DNA of 63,904 bases, the filler included, from Blastocystis sp. subtype 4 (Eukaryota): NCBI RefSeq assembly GCF_000743755.1. It is 3 parts of 3 records of this genome, joined end to end, with 100 filler letters (N's around TTAATTAATTAA, not from the genome) between each part and the next. Parts side by side here need not be neighbours in the genome. Positions count along the whole stretch, not along the records: positions 1 to 21,863 come from NW_014569366.1; 2 more parts are not named here. One strand, 5' to 3'. Under the pieces are notes generated by a model, which worked only from the letters and a program-made list of their open reading frames with translations, did no database searches and was not told the DNA's origin. Shown piece by piece: positions 1 to 14,100 of this stretch (positions within the stretch are counted from its first letter, which is position 1; each line of letters begins with the position of its first letter). A program made the position numbers and the translations under genes.

Positions 1-450
1 GGAATGTTCGTTTTCTTGTGAAGCATATCCATTTGATCAATAGCAGAGAAGATCAAAGGATCCATCAGAATATCACTGTTCATATATCCATAGAGAAGAA
101 ATCGATATCGTTTCTTCATAGAAGACAACAATGATCGATAGATAGGAACTCCAAACTCATTTCGATCCACTTCTGAAATCACAGTCACTTTCTTGTGAGT
201 AGCATAATCCAAAACAGCATCACTTTGTGAAAAGATGACAGGTTTGATTCGATAGTACTTCTGATATAGTGAAAGCATATCAATTGTTGTCTTCACCTTC
301 TCTCTCAGATGAGGAGAATCATCAGTAATAGGCACGGTTATAAGGTATTTCTTTCCACTCTTAATTGAAGACCTCGCTTCACTTCAACAGGAAAAGCAAC
401 ATATTCTTTCATTCCCATTCGTGATATATTGATCCAGTTTCCATGATTCT
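1..450 (-). CDS. Partial gene running off the left edge; putative glycosyltransferase-like protein (NEFGVP ... YGYMNSDIL motifs); 5' end uncertain
   Basis: Manual minus-strand translation gives an open frame ...KPVIFSQSDAVLDYATHKKVTVISEVDRNEFGVPIYRSLLSSMKKRYRFLLYGYMNSDILMDP...; NSD resembles a DxD-like motif. Confidence 0.45.
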
Positions 451-736
451 CAACAGTTGAAATAGATGAACGAATTGCGACAACACCTCACACTTACGAA
501 AGAGCCACAAAATCAAAGAATAGCCACCAGATTCTTTCTATCATTCTTTCTTGTAATACAAAGCATAATTGAACACATCAACTCATTCCTTCTTATTCGG
601 ATCTTGTTGCATTATTGGGCTCTCTTATTCAACATTCCTATTCAAATCATTAAAAGAATGGTTTTCATCTGTCCTCAGATTATGCAAAACCATAACATTC
701 CCGCGATTCCATATACCATATACCATTCTCGTTGAT

Positions 737-1757
737 ATGGGTTCCATTTGTAGCAAGGGAAGTTACGAGAACATATCCAAATCGAAAGCGGGAAAGGAGA
801 AGCCTGCAGACTTGGACACAACGATGCGCGATGGTAATTCCTTCTAAACTCCATTTATTAATAGAACCCCGTCCACAAAAGACGTTACAACGAACCCAGC
901 CGTCTCAACGGCCTGTAGAAGGTGATCATTCCAAGAAAGCGTAGTTTTGTTTCGTTCTTGTTTTCATGCTTAGAAAATATGCTAGTGAAGGAGAAGAAAG
1001 CGTGGAACAGATTACTACTCGAACTCTTGATGGAGAGTATCCTTTGGCTGAGGAAGTTAAGCTTCCAACCAATGTGACTGTAGAAGAGTGTTATTTGGCC
1101 ATTTATTTAATATGTAGGTGGTTATACACGAATTTGGTCTATTTTGTTCAAGAGATTTCTTTGTTGTATGATTCGTATGGTTATACGTGTATATTTGATT
1201 GTAGTATATCCGATGAGTGCACAAGCCAGACCTGTCCGGAAATGACAGCAGGTCCTCACTATACTTATCTGTGGACGGATTCCAAAGGTTCATCTCCTAT
1301 TGAAGTACAATTGGTCCTCATATTTTCCTTTAGATGACGGCAAATGAATATGTGAACACTCTATTCCAGTATATCTCCGATCTCTTCAAACGGCCCCCAT
1401 TTAATGAGTGCAGAAATGGCTCATTTCCACCGAATTATGTGGACACGGTGAAGGTGCTTTTCAAGAAGTTGTTTCGTGTTTATGCCCATGTTTATCATCA
1501 TCATCTTAATGTACGTTCTATGTATAAGAATGAGTCAAAAGGAATTCGTTGTTACAGGAGCCGAAGCTCATTTGAACACTTCTTTCAAACATTTCGTGCT
1601 ATTTGAAAGACAGTTTCATTTGATTAGCAAGAAAGAGGAATTGCCTTTGCGGAAGTTGATTCGTCGACTCATTCAAGAGGAAGAAGAAGAAACGGCTATA
1701 GATACAAACGAAGAGAGTGGATCCATTCGACGCGTGGATCGTCGATTAGATGATTAG
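737..1757 (+). CDS. MOB1: MOB kinase activator (Mob1/phocein family), 6 exons, N-terminal MGSICS acylation-like motif
   Basis: Introns 834-864, 941-973, 1088-1117, 1305-1333 and 1511-1541 join MOB motifs VKLP..EEWL, CPEMTAGP.YTYLW, KLFRVYAHVYHHH and HLNTSFKHF; TAG at 1755-1757; TGTTTGTT at 1778-1785. Confidence 0.88.
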
Positions 1758-1916
1758 TTGTTAGCTCTAGCTGGTTGTGTTTGTTGCATAATGGAGTATA
1801 GTTAGAAAGGAGATACACATGAAAGGTGTAATACACTATGAAGGAGTTTTGGTGATTTCAGTTGGCTTTCAGTATGACAGGTTTCCAAATCAATATTATT
1901 CTCCCTTGGACATAAT

Positions 1917-2076
1917 ATGATTACGCTAACAGGAATAATTGGATGGATTCTTGGATTCGGACCCTCTATTGCACCTAATTCTTTTGCAGCGTGGTTCATG
2001 AGTTGGTCCTGGAGACATCAAATGTTTACATGGCTTGTTTCGATGCTTCAGAGTGCAGCAACGTTAATGTGTCTTT
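1917..2076 (+). CDS. Small IFI27/ISG12-like hydrophobic protein; may have upstream micro-exons; stop possibly made by polyadenylation at T2076
   Basis: LGFGPSIAPNSFAAWFMS...WLVSMLQSAA resembles the ISG12 motif (GFT..GIA..S.AA.MMS...LVA.LQS.GA); in-frame T2076 + 4 nt + TCTTTGTT (2081-2088). Confidence 0.5.
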
Positions 2077-2131
2077 TCTCTCTTTGTTACAATAATCGTT
2101 GCTTTCCAGCCCTTCTCACTTTCATTGTTCA

Positions 2132-2139
2132 AACAAACA
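2132..2139 (-). terminator. TGTTTGTT 3'-processing motif of the HECT ligase gene
   Basis: Minus strand reads AAT CGT T|TGTA TGTTTGTT. Confidence 0.8.
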
Positions 2140-2143
2140 TACA

Positions 2144-5100
2144 AACGATTTGCAGCCATTCTTGCTCTAGAGGTCTCATCAGCATCAATATCTTGGCAAT
2201 TGTGAATGGCGTATAACAGACGCTCTCGACACACTTCCTCCGAACTATACGCCGGCAAATCCAGCGTGAAGAAACAGGTGTGAGACATTGGATAGTTCTT
2301 ATCAGGATACCTTCGATCCATCTTGTTGATAGTGTGTTTCATTCGGAACGACTTCGAACTACACCTTATTCATTCCACAGTTCCTTACTCCAAAGGAAGA
2401 CGACTTCTGCCCCACACAAACTTCAAATACAACTCGCGCTCCTCATCTGAGAAACTGTTCAAAACGTTCCAGAAGAATTGAATGGCAGGCGACTTCTCCG
2501 TGAAGCCCTCACCATACTCTGTGTTCATCTTCAACAAGCCCACATTAATGTCAGCTCTTCCTACCACAATCACCTTCAACTCGGATGGCGTAAACAGCTT
2601 CAAGAAATGACGTGGGATTTGGGTTGAGAGTCCTCGGTCTACATTTACATTCATCCAACACACTTACAAACAGCATCCATCTGAGCATTCCACTCCTTCA
2701 AACGATACTCCTGTATCATTTCCACATAGTGGAGTCGTTCAGCCCATGGCACAAACACATCTTGACCACCAGGGAACAGCTCCACAACACGTCCATCTAC
2801 CGACTTCACCGTGTATGTCAGATTCATCTGCTTGCACAGCTCGCCCCACATTTCCTCATCCTCCTTCTTACCCGAATCCAGAATCGTTGCTACTCGATTA
2901 GCGAACTCCTGGTCCACAGCCACCACATCGTCCACTGTCACTTCCAGACCTACGAGTCGCTTCCAGAATGACTCCGCCACATTGATCGCCAACGGTGTCT
3001 GCGAGCGAATAGCAATTCCCATCAGTTTGCCCAAGAACTCAAACATCGCAATACAAGCAGGAGTAGTACTCGTCGGATTGGGAACAAAAACGTCTCGATT
3101 CTTGCCAACATCATTCCGACCATTAGGAGACAATACAAAGAGAGGTAACAACGGCGACTCAATCTCCTTTGCAATCTCCGTGTAAGTTTCACGGAACAGA
3201 CCTCCCACATCATCTCCATATTCTCCACGGAATTCCACATTTAGAGGCTGTTTTTCGTTACGCAACTTACCTGGATCCACTTTGTTCACCTGCTGGAAGA
3301 GCTGCCCAAACAGAGTGTAGGCAGCTTGCGAATCTGGCTTATTCTTCTCCTTGAAGCTCGCGGCAGCTCGACGATCCAGAGATACCATCACACGACCACT
3401 ATAGTTCGACTTCTTCAGCGCCTAGAAGTCATACCCACACATGATTGCTCACATCATTCAACCACTGGTCTTTCGTCACTCGGAAGATTAGTCCACGTAA
3501 CTGCCGTAAGTTCCGAGCCAACGTAGAAGCTCTAGAAGGAATCCATATTCCTTACTCCTACCGATCACTACAAGAGATGTTGACAAAAGGCAAACACTCT
3601 CGCAACATAAGATTCAGACGCTGAAGAACATAGAATCGAAGCTGCAGTTGAGAGATGGTGAAGTCCGTCAAACGACCATACTTCATGAGCATGCGATCGT
3701 TAGGGACCAAATGGCCTGGGAAGATTGTCATAATGTCCAAATTGTTCATATAACAGAACTCACTAGCCAATTCGACAAGTAACCGATCTGCTTCTAACGT
3801 CCACTTACTGCTCTGAGGTAACACTAACTCATTCTTAGCGAGCATTTCTGCTGTCAAATACGACAAATAATCATCGGAGAAATCGGGCAACACATGCAGT
3901 CGGAAGCCCCAGCGTTCCTTGTTGCGTTGAGCAGCTTCGAATGATTCTACGTCTCATGTGATCTACATCGCTTACCCAAATCTGGCTTGTGGTTGTTGCA
4001 AACAGAACAACTACGTTGCGTGTAATCATTACGTGCTGAACAATACGGACAGGTCCACGGCAAATGACGGGATGAGAGCTGCTTCTCATCCTCCAAGAAT
4101 GCATTCATAAACCAATTTACTCGCTCTTCCTTTTGTTGCTCACTTGCTGCCTTGTTCTGAGAATCGATAAGATGAGCTGTCTGTTGATTCAATTCGTTCA
4201 TATGTGCCAACACATAGTCTGCTGCCATTTGCATGTCATCCATTGAAGCCTCCAGAGCCAACACACACACATGAATATCGAATCCCATTCGACTCATCTC
4301 TCGAGCTTGACGTAATCGCTTCTCTGGCACTCGCTTCAACCACTGGACCGACTCCTCTTTCGTGCTCTCACTCGATACATACTCAATGTCTAGTGGAGCT
4401 CGTGTGTACTCAGTTGCACATAGCTTGCAAGCCACCAATTCCACCATATCGCCAGCATCAAAGAAACTTACTCCTGGCATCAAGATCTGCTTGACTGGAA
4501 GATTCCGGAATGCAACTCCATAAAACTGCCCGTTGACTGTCACAGAGAGCGTATGAGCAGCGAAATTCAATGTCAACTTCACCAAATCATTCTCGTGCAG
4601 TGGAGAACAGAAACTCTGCTTACGACGATTGAACCAGATACTACCATTCGCCTGCAGACCCCAAGAACTACTATCCTGACCAAGGAAAGTCTGTTTACTC
4701 ATCGAAACTCCACTGATACCAATAAAGAGATTGGACCGAGCAAGCTTCCGAATACAGAACAAGAAACTCGCAATGCCTGAAGACACACACTTATCAGTGG
4801 TCACACTCCACCAAACACCCTGACTACGGTAGCCAATGATCGTAGCATCCTCATTGTATGCAAGCACTGGACAATCCCGAATCCAAGAGAGTTTACTCGC
4901 CTGGAAGAAGGGGAATTCGAGATAGAACTGACTGGTAGCAGCCCGAGTGGTTATTTGCCCATATTGGTTACCACTTACTAGTAGGATAGGATTGCGTGAT
5001 TCAACACTCGGGAACACAGCAAACACATCATCTTCTGCTGAACAGCACTCCTGATCAAAACGCAAAGTGATGTTGGTGGCGTTGGGACATATAACTTGTT

Positions 5101-8100
5101 GGCGATGGAGCAGATCATTGTAAGGATGCTCGCTCTGGAAAAGCTGGCTACGTCGCAATCGTACCAAGATTCGCAACATAAAGTCCTCCATGATCAGCTC
5201 CAGTGGAAGAACACGACGCTCTCGATTCACTAGTGCCTCCATCACGACAGCTACACTCGACAGCTTGCGGAAATATGGCTTGCGAGAGAGAACGGTCATC
5301 ACAGCATCCGTTTCTGAAGCCATTCCCTCCTTCCGACTATCATAACACATCAACGAAGCACTAATCAACACCTCCAGAATCGCCTGGAACGATGGAGAGT
5401 ACACATTGTTGTCTTTCTGCTGTTCATACAGCGTGTCTGCACACTGCGTAATATCCAGTAGAAGGTTCATCACTGGTTGTGTCACTGCATTGGTACGCAT
5501 CCGTCGCAAAACCATACTCACATGGTCCAGGAGAATCATACGCTGATCGGCAGAAGCACTGAAGAAGTTAGCCATCAATCCCTGAAGCAGTTCTGGCTTG
5601 AAGATAAAGGGAGTCAATCCTCCCATCGACTGTGATGGGTCATCTCGAATCTTAGAGAATGTATCGAGCATCCATCCCACCTGCTGAAGACTTCCCGAAG
5701 ACTGCTCGTCACCCTCACCCACCAGAGTATATACCAAGTTACTGTTCGGTGGCTGGGAGGATGAAGAGACATAGAAGTGGGAGATAACACTTGCAGATGT
5801 CCAGAAGGTATCTGGTGTTGGCAGCACCTCATTCGCCTTCTCTACAGCCTGTGCTTGTCCCAACATCAATAGTGACCTGCGAATACACACGTACTCGGAG
5901 AGTGCTGGAGGTTGAGTTCCCTTACTTACAATCATTCCAAATGCAGCAAAGTCAATAGGAGGAACCATTCGCCAGAGCGTGAACTGATCACCTGATGCTG
6001 AGGTGAATACCTTCATTTGATCATAGCGTGTTGGATGAGCAAAACAGTCGAACTCCTTATTCTCGAACTGTTGACGATTGAATACAAAAGTCGGAGTACT
6101 TGGAGGTAATGATAACGCAGCACCCTCGCCAACCTTCAACACAGTTGCCAGCGGAGATCCTTTTACTGCCTTCGGTAGCCAGAAACTAACGCCTCGTTCA
6201 GGATAACGAGCAATCAACTCATACTCAGTAGTCTGCGCTAACGGCAGCATCTTCTGAGCTTCCGATAAAACTGGCTGAGACAGCAACGAGACTTCATAAA
6301 GCATCGTATCCAACACACGACGAGAGAAAGATTTCAACCAGAACAAGAAACGCTGTTTGGTAATCTCTTTAGCATCCTGAGTACTTGCAATAATACTATC
6401 CACTTTCGCTACTTCGGATTGCATCACTGAACTGACTTCCCGACGTAGAATCTCCAAAGGACCCGAATCCTCCGTGTGACTCTCACTAATACGGATGAAG
6501 GCAGATAAGAACGATTCAAAGAGATTATCACTTGAATCCATGAACAAAGATGTCACACTCAACTTATCCTTGCCCTGCTCCTTTGTACTTTGAGCCAAAA
6601 CATTCAACAAAGCAAGTCGACTATATGCAGAAGCCAATGCCTTGGAAGTTATACTCAGTTCTTGTCGAATTTCAGGCAATGTACTATCAGTAATATCAGT
6701 GAACTGAGTACGCCGCTTCGTTTGCACACTCTTGAATTGAGTCTTGATATCATTCACAATCTCATAAGCCGGATTATCTGTAGCCGAATCATTACCGTAT
6801 ACATTGGCCACAGACATCGTCTTTCCTGGTTTCACTTCACCTACAACCATCAAATCAAAACAGCCATTCACATTCCAGCGGTATTTGCCTTCACTACCCG
6901 CATCCCAATGGACGACTACGCCCTTGCTTAGATGAGTATCCCAGTTCCCAATTCCAATCACCGTACCAAAGCCATTTCCATCCTGAAGACCCCACTTCCA
7001 ATGAGGACCTCGACGCACACGTGCATTCACAGCAATCATACCTACGGCACGACCATCTCCATGAGTACAAGGAGGAGCCTCGAATCCTCGCTGCAGACAG
7101 CATGTCCACGTATCATTCTCCAATGTACCTGGGTGTCGAGCTCTATCCGATTCCTTCATGGAAAACTCTAAGGCTTCCAGCTCCGCCACATACTTGGAAA
7201 GCTCTTCCTGCATACTCTGTTCCTTTGGATCCGCAATATTACTTTCCAGATATTCCAGTGCCTTCTCACGATTACCATACAACAGAATCAACTGCTTACA
7301 TCGTTTGCCATTGAATCCCAGCTTCTCCAGACCTCGTGCTTCTGTTAACAGGATTTGATTAATACTTGATTCATTCTCCCGAATCCATCGTCGAGCAGCC
7401 TTCTCACTCTGACCTTCCACATTGTTCAAAGCCATCACACACCACGAATAGGGAACATGCAAGTCATTCATCAGATTCAGAATCACATCTTCATTACTTG
7501 GCTCTGGAGGTCCATCAAGTGTGACCGTACCAATTTGACGTGCTTCGGCTTCTTGTACCACCTTACAACGCAACTGCAGCGAGGAGATAAACACACTTCC
7601 TACACAAGCTGCATCACAGTCTGTACCCACTAGGAACGTTGAATCTAGGGACCATCGATCATCCACAAGGATTTGAGCCGTCGGCATCGTCGCTTGCGAC
7701 AATTCTCCCTGTTTCTTTCCATCCACATACCACGTCAAGATATGTTGGGGCGTATTCACACTAAGGATGATACGATGGAAGCAATTGTTGCGAATCACAC
7801 CAGGACTCGAATACACACCAATTCCACAAGATCCATCTTGCCTCACATAGAACGCACCAGGATGTGTGTTTGTAGGATCTGTCTGCAATAGGCATGTGTA
7901 ATCACGAGAAGCAAAATCAGGAAGAATTACATCCATTACCACAGACCAAGTGTTTAAATACACTCCCTCTCCCATACACAAGAATGGCTGAGACAGTTTC
8001 AAGTAGTTGCCTTTGCCCAATCGCAGGATCTGCTTCTGCGTCTTCATCATACTCAACTCACGCCACACACGTGAACCCACAACCTCACACTTGGCATCGC

Positions 8101-11100
8101 CTGGTTCACTTACCGACTCAAAGAACATCCATTTTCGAGCCACACCAATCGAAGCCTCCTCTTCCTCCTCCAGATCCATAGGAGATCGCGACTTCTGACT
8201 TGATACGGATCCTCGAATTGATTTCAGTGTATCTGTACGTGTCTTGGCAGCCTGAATCAAATCGGTCAGCGTCGCTGTTCGGTTGGCACCACACAAAGCA
8301 CATGTTAGGGCATCAGATTTGTTCGGGAACTTACAAACATTGCAACGACGCATTCCCACAGGAAGTGCTGGTGGCCATACATTCACATTGTAATCTATCT
8401 TTTCAGATACACTCAGAGATCCACGAATCGACTCCCATGCTTGTAGCTTCCACATTCCCTCAACAAGATCTGATCGCTCCTTCAGCACATCCACAGCAGT
8501 ACCAGTGTACTGAACAGGAAGTGAAAGATGAAGGAAACTGACAATCGATCGAATCACACTTAGCGACACGTGAGGAATGGCTTGTGGATACTGCAAAAGC
8601 TCCATAATTGCATGCATTGCCAACTGCTGCAACTTGCAGAAAATCGAACTAGTACGGACATGACGATTCAATTCATTCGGATTCAACAAATGCTCAAACG
8701 AATCAAAAGCACGACCCAACAACTGATAGTTGTCAATAGGCACACGACTGGTGATGAGTGTTATCTCTCGCATATCCCGTACCCATGCTAGTTCTTTGCT
8801 ACCTGATAGCTTGATGATGCAGGCACCGCCCCAGGCGTACTCACGACGACGGTCCCGGAACATCAATACACGACCTTCCTGACGCAGTGTTCCTACTGTC
8901 ACCGCAATTGGTGAGTCCACCGCCGGCACGGCAGGGAAACCAGCATAAACAGCCGTACATCCAGCGAGAATGTAGAGTCTATCGAGGGCCAAAGGTTCAA
9001 TGGGCTGGCGAAGCAGCTGCTGGATGATAAGGGCAATATCAACGGACATTCCAAGACATACAAATACCAGAGAAGAGAAAGGTGTGTTCCAGGTAGACAC
9101 TGTTAACAGACTCCACACAAGATCTACACATTTGGATGCCACCAGTCTGCAAAAATAAGGAGCTGGAATCAGCGTACGACTGGGTCCATATGGAATCACA
9201 ACGATACGACCCATGGAACGCAAAAGCAGTGCAGGTAATTCGTAATTCTCTGTTTGACGTGGAATTCCTGCAGTGAGAAGCTTAAGTATCTCTGGATGAA
9301 CAAACTGGCGAAGAATGAGAGATACTGTATCTGGCTGAGAACGCGGCAGAACGAGAATCAGTAATGAAATGAGATTCTGGAGGATTAACAGAATTGGTGT
9401 TGTATAGGGCATATTGTCCAGATAGAGATACTGACAACTAGATGAAGTAGCAATCGTCTCCAACAAATGAAGGATTTGAACAAAGATGGGGAGGAGAACA
9501 CTCAGAGAAGTGGAATCTGCCAGCGAATTGATCAGACCATCACTACGACGCGCACATACCAGCAAGAGAGTGATAATCTGATTCATATAGGTGAAAGGAG
9601 GAGCTTCAGAATCTTCGATCTGTTTTTCAAGAGTCCAGAGCATGTGTCGAATCAATCCAACGCTGCCTTCACGCATGCTCCGAGGAGATACATTGTCCCA
9701 TTCATCAGACACACAACGATCTCCCACAAACTGAGACACTACATATAGTTCACGCAACAGAAGCTTTAGGAATTGGTTGGAGAATTGAGATAACTCAAGC
9801 TGTTCGCTGCATGTGCTGTTGAACAGCAGACTCGCCAACATCCATGCTGCATAGCGGACCTTGAGACTTGATTCCGTAATGACATTTCGACTGCTTCCCA
9901 CAGCAGGCTTCAACACCACAAGCGATGACACAGAACCAACAGCCAGCGATGTGACTGTGAACTGAGGCGTGAAGAGAGTGGTACGGGGATACAAAACAGG
10001 CAGAGAAGACGAAAAGCCTATCTGACCCTGAATGTTCGATCCGCATCCCAACACACGAGATCCATCCCAAATCAGAGTGCTTCGCTCACCCAGAGCGATA
10101 GCCCGCACAGTCACATTCAGTAGTCGTTCCCAGCTGAAATGGTCCATGAGAGACCCGTCTCCTAACTGACCCTGATCATTGGCACCACACATAAACAGAC
10201 TGCCTTCAATAGTTACAATAGCCGAATGCTCTGATCCAGCGTACACGCCTGCAATCTGCTCACTTTGGATTTGAGGAGGTAATGGAACTTCCGTTAACGT
10301 GGTTACCGAGGCCGTAATCCTCGGATCCAAACCTAGCTGACCGCGGGAATTGCTTCCACACACCCATAGATGTTTGCGAGAGGCGAAAAGAGAGTAGTTG
10401 TCGCCAGCAGCCACAAATTGGATTTCTTTTCCTTCCAACGCAGGAATCACCTCAGTTAACTTGAGCTGGGGTGAAGTCACACTCAGTTGGCCTTCGCTGT
10501 TGCTTCCGCAACCCAACACCGAACCACTATTTGTCAGAAGTAGCGTATGAGATCGTCCACTCGCCACAGAAGTTACACGGTAACCACTGATCGCTCCCAT
10601 CATAAAGCTCATATCATGACACTGACCTGCACGACCACACTGGTATTGACTGTTGTCTCCCGTTGAAAGCACCTGACCACTACTTGTCAGTACAAACAGA
10701 GAGTCTCCCGCAGGAGAAGCAACGATTGTACGAAGGACGTGTTGTGATGAAGAATAGAAGACAGAGGGTGCCTGATTTGGACGCATCTCCATGATTTGTC
10801 CATTCTCCAGTAATGCATAGGACGAAGAACGAGTGAGTACAGCACTCACCACATGATCGCCTACGTTAGTATGATCCCAGAGATGATCAGTTGCAAGATC
10901 TCGCGATCGCAGCGAGTTGTTGCTATCTGCATAGCGAACACCTGCTGCATACAAAACTGATCCATCGGCCGGCTGTGGAGTAGGTGTGATTCGTGACGAA
11001 TCGAACAAATACTGGAAGGACCATAACTGAGTAAGTGACTCCAACAAACCTGATTGTTGTAACATCACCGCATCCGATGGAGCATATGGAAGAGCAATCG

Positions 11101-14100
11101 AGTAGATCACATCCACACGCACCTGATCGGTTGACTTGCTATCGTCCACCTTTCGCATAGCAGAATGAATGATGGAGGCAAAAGCCTTGCTGACTCGCTC
11201 CAAATACACTGGAGATGAACCTTCCAACCCGGCAATGAAGTGCGTTTTTAGACAACCAGAATCAGCCTCTTGAACCTCCAAAATGTTAGTTACTGATTCC
11301 GTCAAATCACCACGGATAATTGCATTGTTCACACGGGACAATAGCGTCGCAAAGTACTCGAAGGAGAGAGCCCGATTCTCAGCCACAGATGATCTGCAAG
11401 ACATCGAATCCACCAACTGCTCCGTCTTCGGATCGTCCATCAAAAACTTCTTCACCATGGTCAACAATACATCACTCACAGCGTCTGATACTTCCTCTTC
11501 CTCATCTTCATCTTCCTCCAACTCATTCTCGTTCTTCAACAGTTGATAGGTTTCAGTAAGGGAGCCTGGGAGTTCACTCAATGATGGAACGAACCACATC
11601 GGTTGCACATCCAGCAAGAACCGACATCGTTGCAAATAACTCTTCTCTAAGTCCTCATAATGCACATTTCCCTTCTGATGAGACTGATTTACTGCCTGAA
11701 GGAACTGTAATGCGAGAGTGTACGCTCCCTTCACTGCTGATCCAGCGTCCTCTCCCTCATAAATCTCCTTGTAACAGTTGGGACAATGCCACATGCACGC
11801 CGCAACAACATATCGTAGAATAGTGGCTACTGCAGGATCTGCGCTTACAAATCGCTGTTGGAGTTTGTTTAGTTTCCTTGTCTTGGTGATCTGTTCGTAC
11901 CACTTCTCATATGCCTCATCTCCTGACAACAGACCCAAACACTTCGTACGTACTGGATCCTGTAATTCGCGATTCAATCCACGTGAAAGTAACGGAGAAC
12001 TCAGCCATTTGGCTGTCTCCGGCTCAATCTCCACTACTGCAGTGTCTGTAGGTTTCTGTTGGATCAAGAGACTTGTAACAGCTGTAGCAAATGCAGTTGT
12101 TGTTGCACAAGCATCACGCATCCAGACAAATGCTTGGTTCATCATCAGTTCATTCCTATCTTCTAGGAAACACATACATTTGTCAAGCGAAATGACGAGA
12201 GAAGACAATACTTTCAATAGACCACGAACTTCTGTCAGTATGTGAGAATACACCTTATCAAGATCGATTCCTGCTTCTGTCATTACACGAGAGGAAGAAT
12301 ATGCACGATGAATGAGAGAATACAACACAAACATAGCATACCGAAGAGACTTGTCAACAGGAGAAGAGTCTAAGAAGTGAGCTACCTCCATACTGAGACT
12401 GTTCTCCCATAATATAGTATTTGTTGACTGTTCCAAGAGAGTCAGGCAGAAGGAAAGGAGAGGATTGCATAGCTGAACAATGGCTGTAGATAGACCAGTC
12501 AGTCGAGTGAATGCCGTCACATCACCATTGATCGTTTTGTTATATGCCTCATTGAAAAGGGTGTGTAAGATGTTCAGAATTGTATTCACACCTCGAGTAA
12601 GACCAGAAGCATTAATCTGATGATGTTCCGATGTGAGACGCTTCGTATAGGGACCAAATTCATTCTGAATTCCCTGAAATAGCCCAGACAAGATGGATGT
12701 AATGGAGAGACAGTTCTGGAGAAGATCGCCCTGGAAGACGAGACGCTCCCAGAGTCCATACTTGTCAAGTCCTTGAAGCAGGCCGAATATTACATCGAGA
12801 AGTGCATAAGAGCCAGCGCTATCCTCAAGCTTGGCCGCTTGATAGAGTGACAGTACCTCTTGAAGAAGATGTTCCAAAGCAGGAAGCGAGTTACAGAAAC
12901 AAGAAAGTGTGGCGAGTGTTTCAACAGTCTCCTTCTTCACTAGCGACATGGCAACACTGCTACTGTCAATATTGAGAATCCCTATCAGTTCATTCAATAA
13001 AGGTATAGGTGAGTCCGTTCGAATGAGAAGAGAAGGCACAGCCAGACGGTTCGTATTGCTGACATATACAAGTTGAGCATGCAACAGTTGAATAGCCTCG
13101 TATAAAAATCGACACACCATCCCATCTTCCAATCGTTCTTCAATTCCTCGACGACGACGCAAGGTATGTTTGGTAGGAGCCAGAGCCGGGGAACTGTTTG
13201 TCAATACCACCGAATCGAGTTCACCCAAATCAATATCCAAATCAATCATCTCATCCTCAACAGCTCCTTCTCGTTCCATATCCACCACATTCTGCTCTCG
13301 TGTATCTGATTGTTTCAGAATGGGAGTCGAAGTCGGAGGACCTGGAAGGGAGTAACGAACTCCAGAACTCATGAGATTTCGGTTGCTCGTTCCATTGAGG
13401 CTACGACTACTGACATGAAGGCTGCTAGTACCTAGAAGACTGCGATTGCTCAGTTGTTCCACGTTGTTATTCGGTATACCATTACTGGGAGGACTATTCA
13501 ACACACAGTCATCTTTAGGTTCGTTGAGCATACTCCTGCCAGTGGAAGGTTTATTCAGAACACTGCTACTAGTGTTAGGTCCATTCACCACACCCTTCCC
13601 ATTTAACAAATTCCGTTTCGATGCCAATATCGCATCCAACTTCTTAGTTGCCTCTTTAAGTTTACGACGTGTTTCCAACGCCTCTGCACTCTCCTGCACA
13701 ACCTTAGCTGCTTCTGCATCTTCCCTTCTAGCAGCTTCCATCGCCTCCCTTTCAGCTTCCTCTTTCTCCACTTGTGCTTCTCGGACAGTTTCTACCTCGG
13801 TCTGCTTCTTTGCATCGTCTGCCTCCTTGGCCTGTTGATAATGATCCAAATACCTCTGTCGCAATAGATTCACTATACTGAGTGTATTCCGCAAGGAAGC
13901 ATCCGTTACATTCACTTGGAAACACTGTGATAAATCACAGGGCGTCGTCCGATCCGAATGAACGTACTGATATTGCTGTACAAAATACTGTTGATTACTG
14001 TATGACAAAAAACCTAGCAAAACTCCACCAGCCTCTTCGGAAGTCATTTGCTCCGGATTCGAGACTTCGCGGACACACGATGAAGGATCCCAACTGTCCA

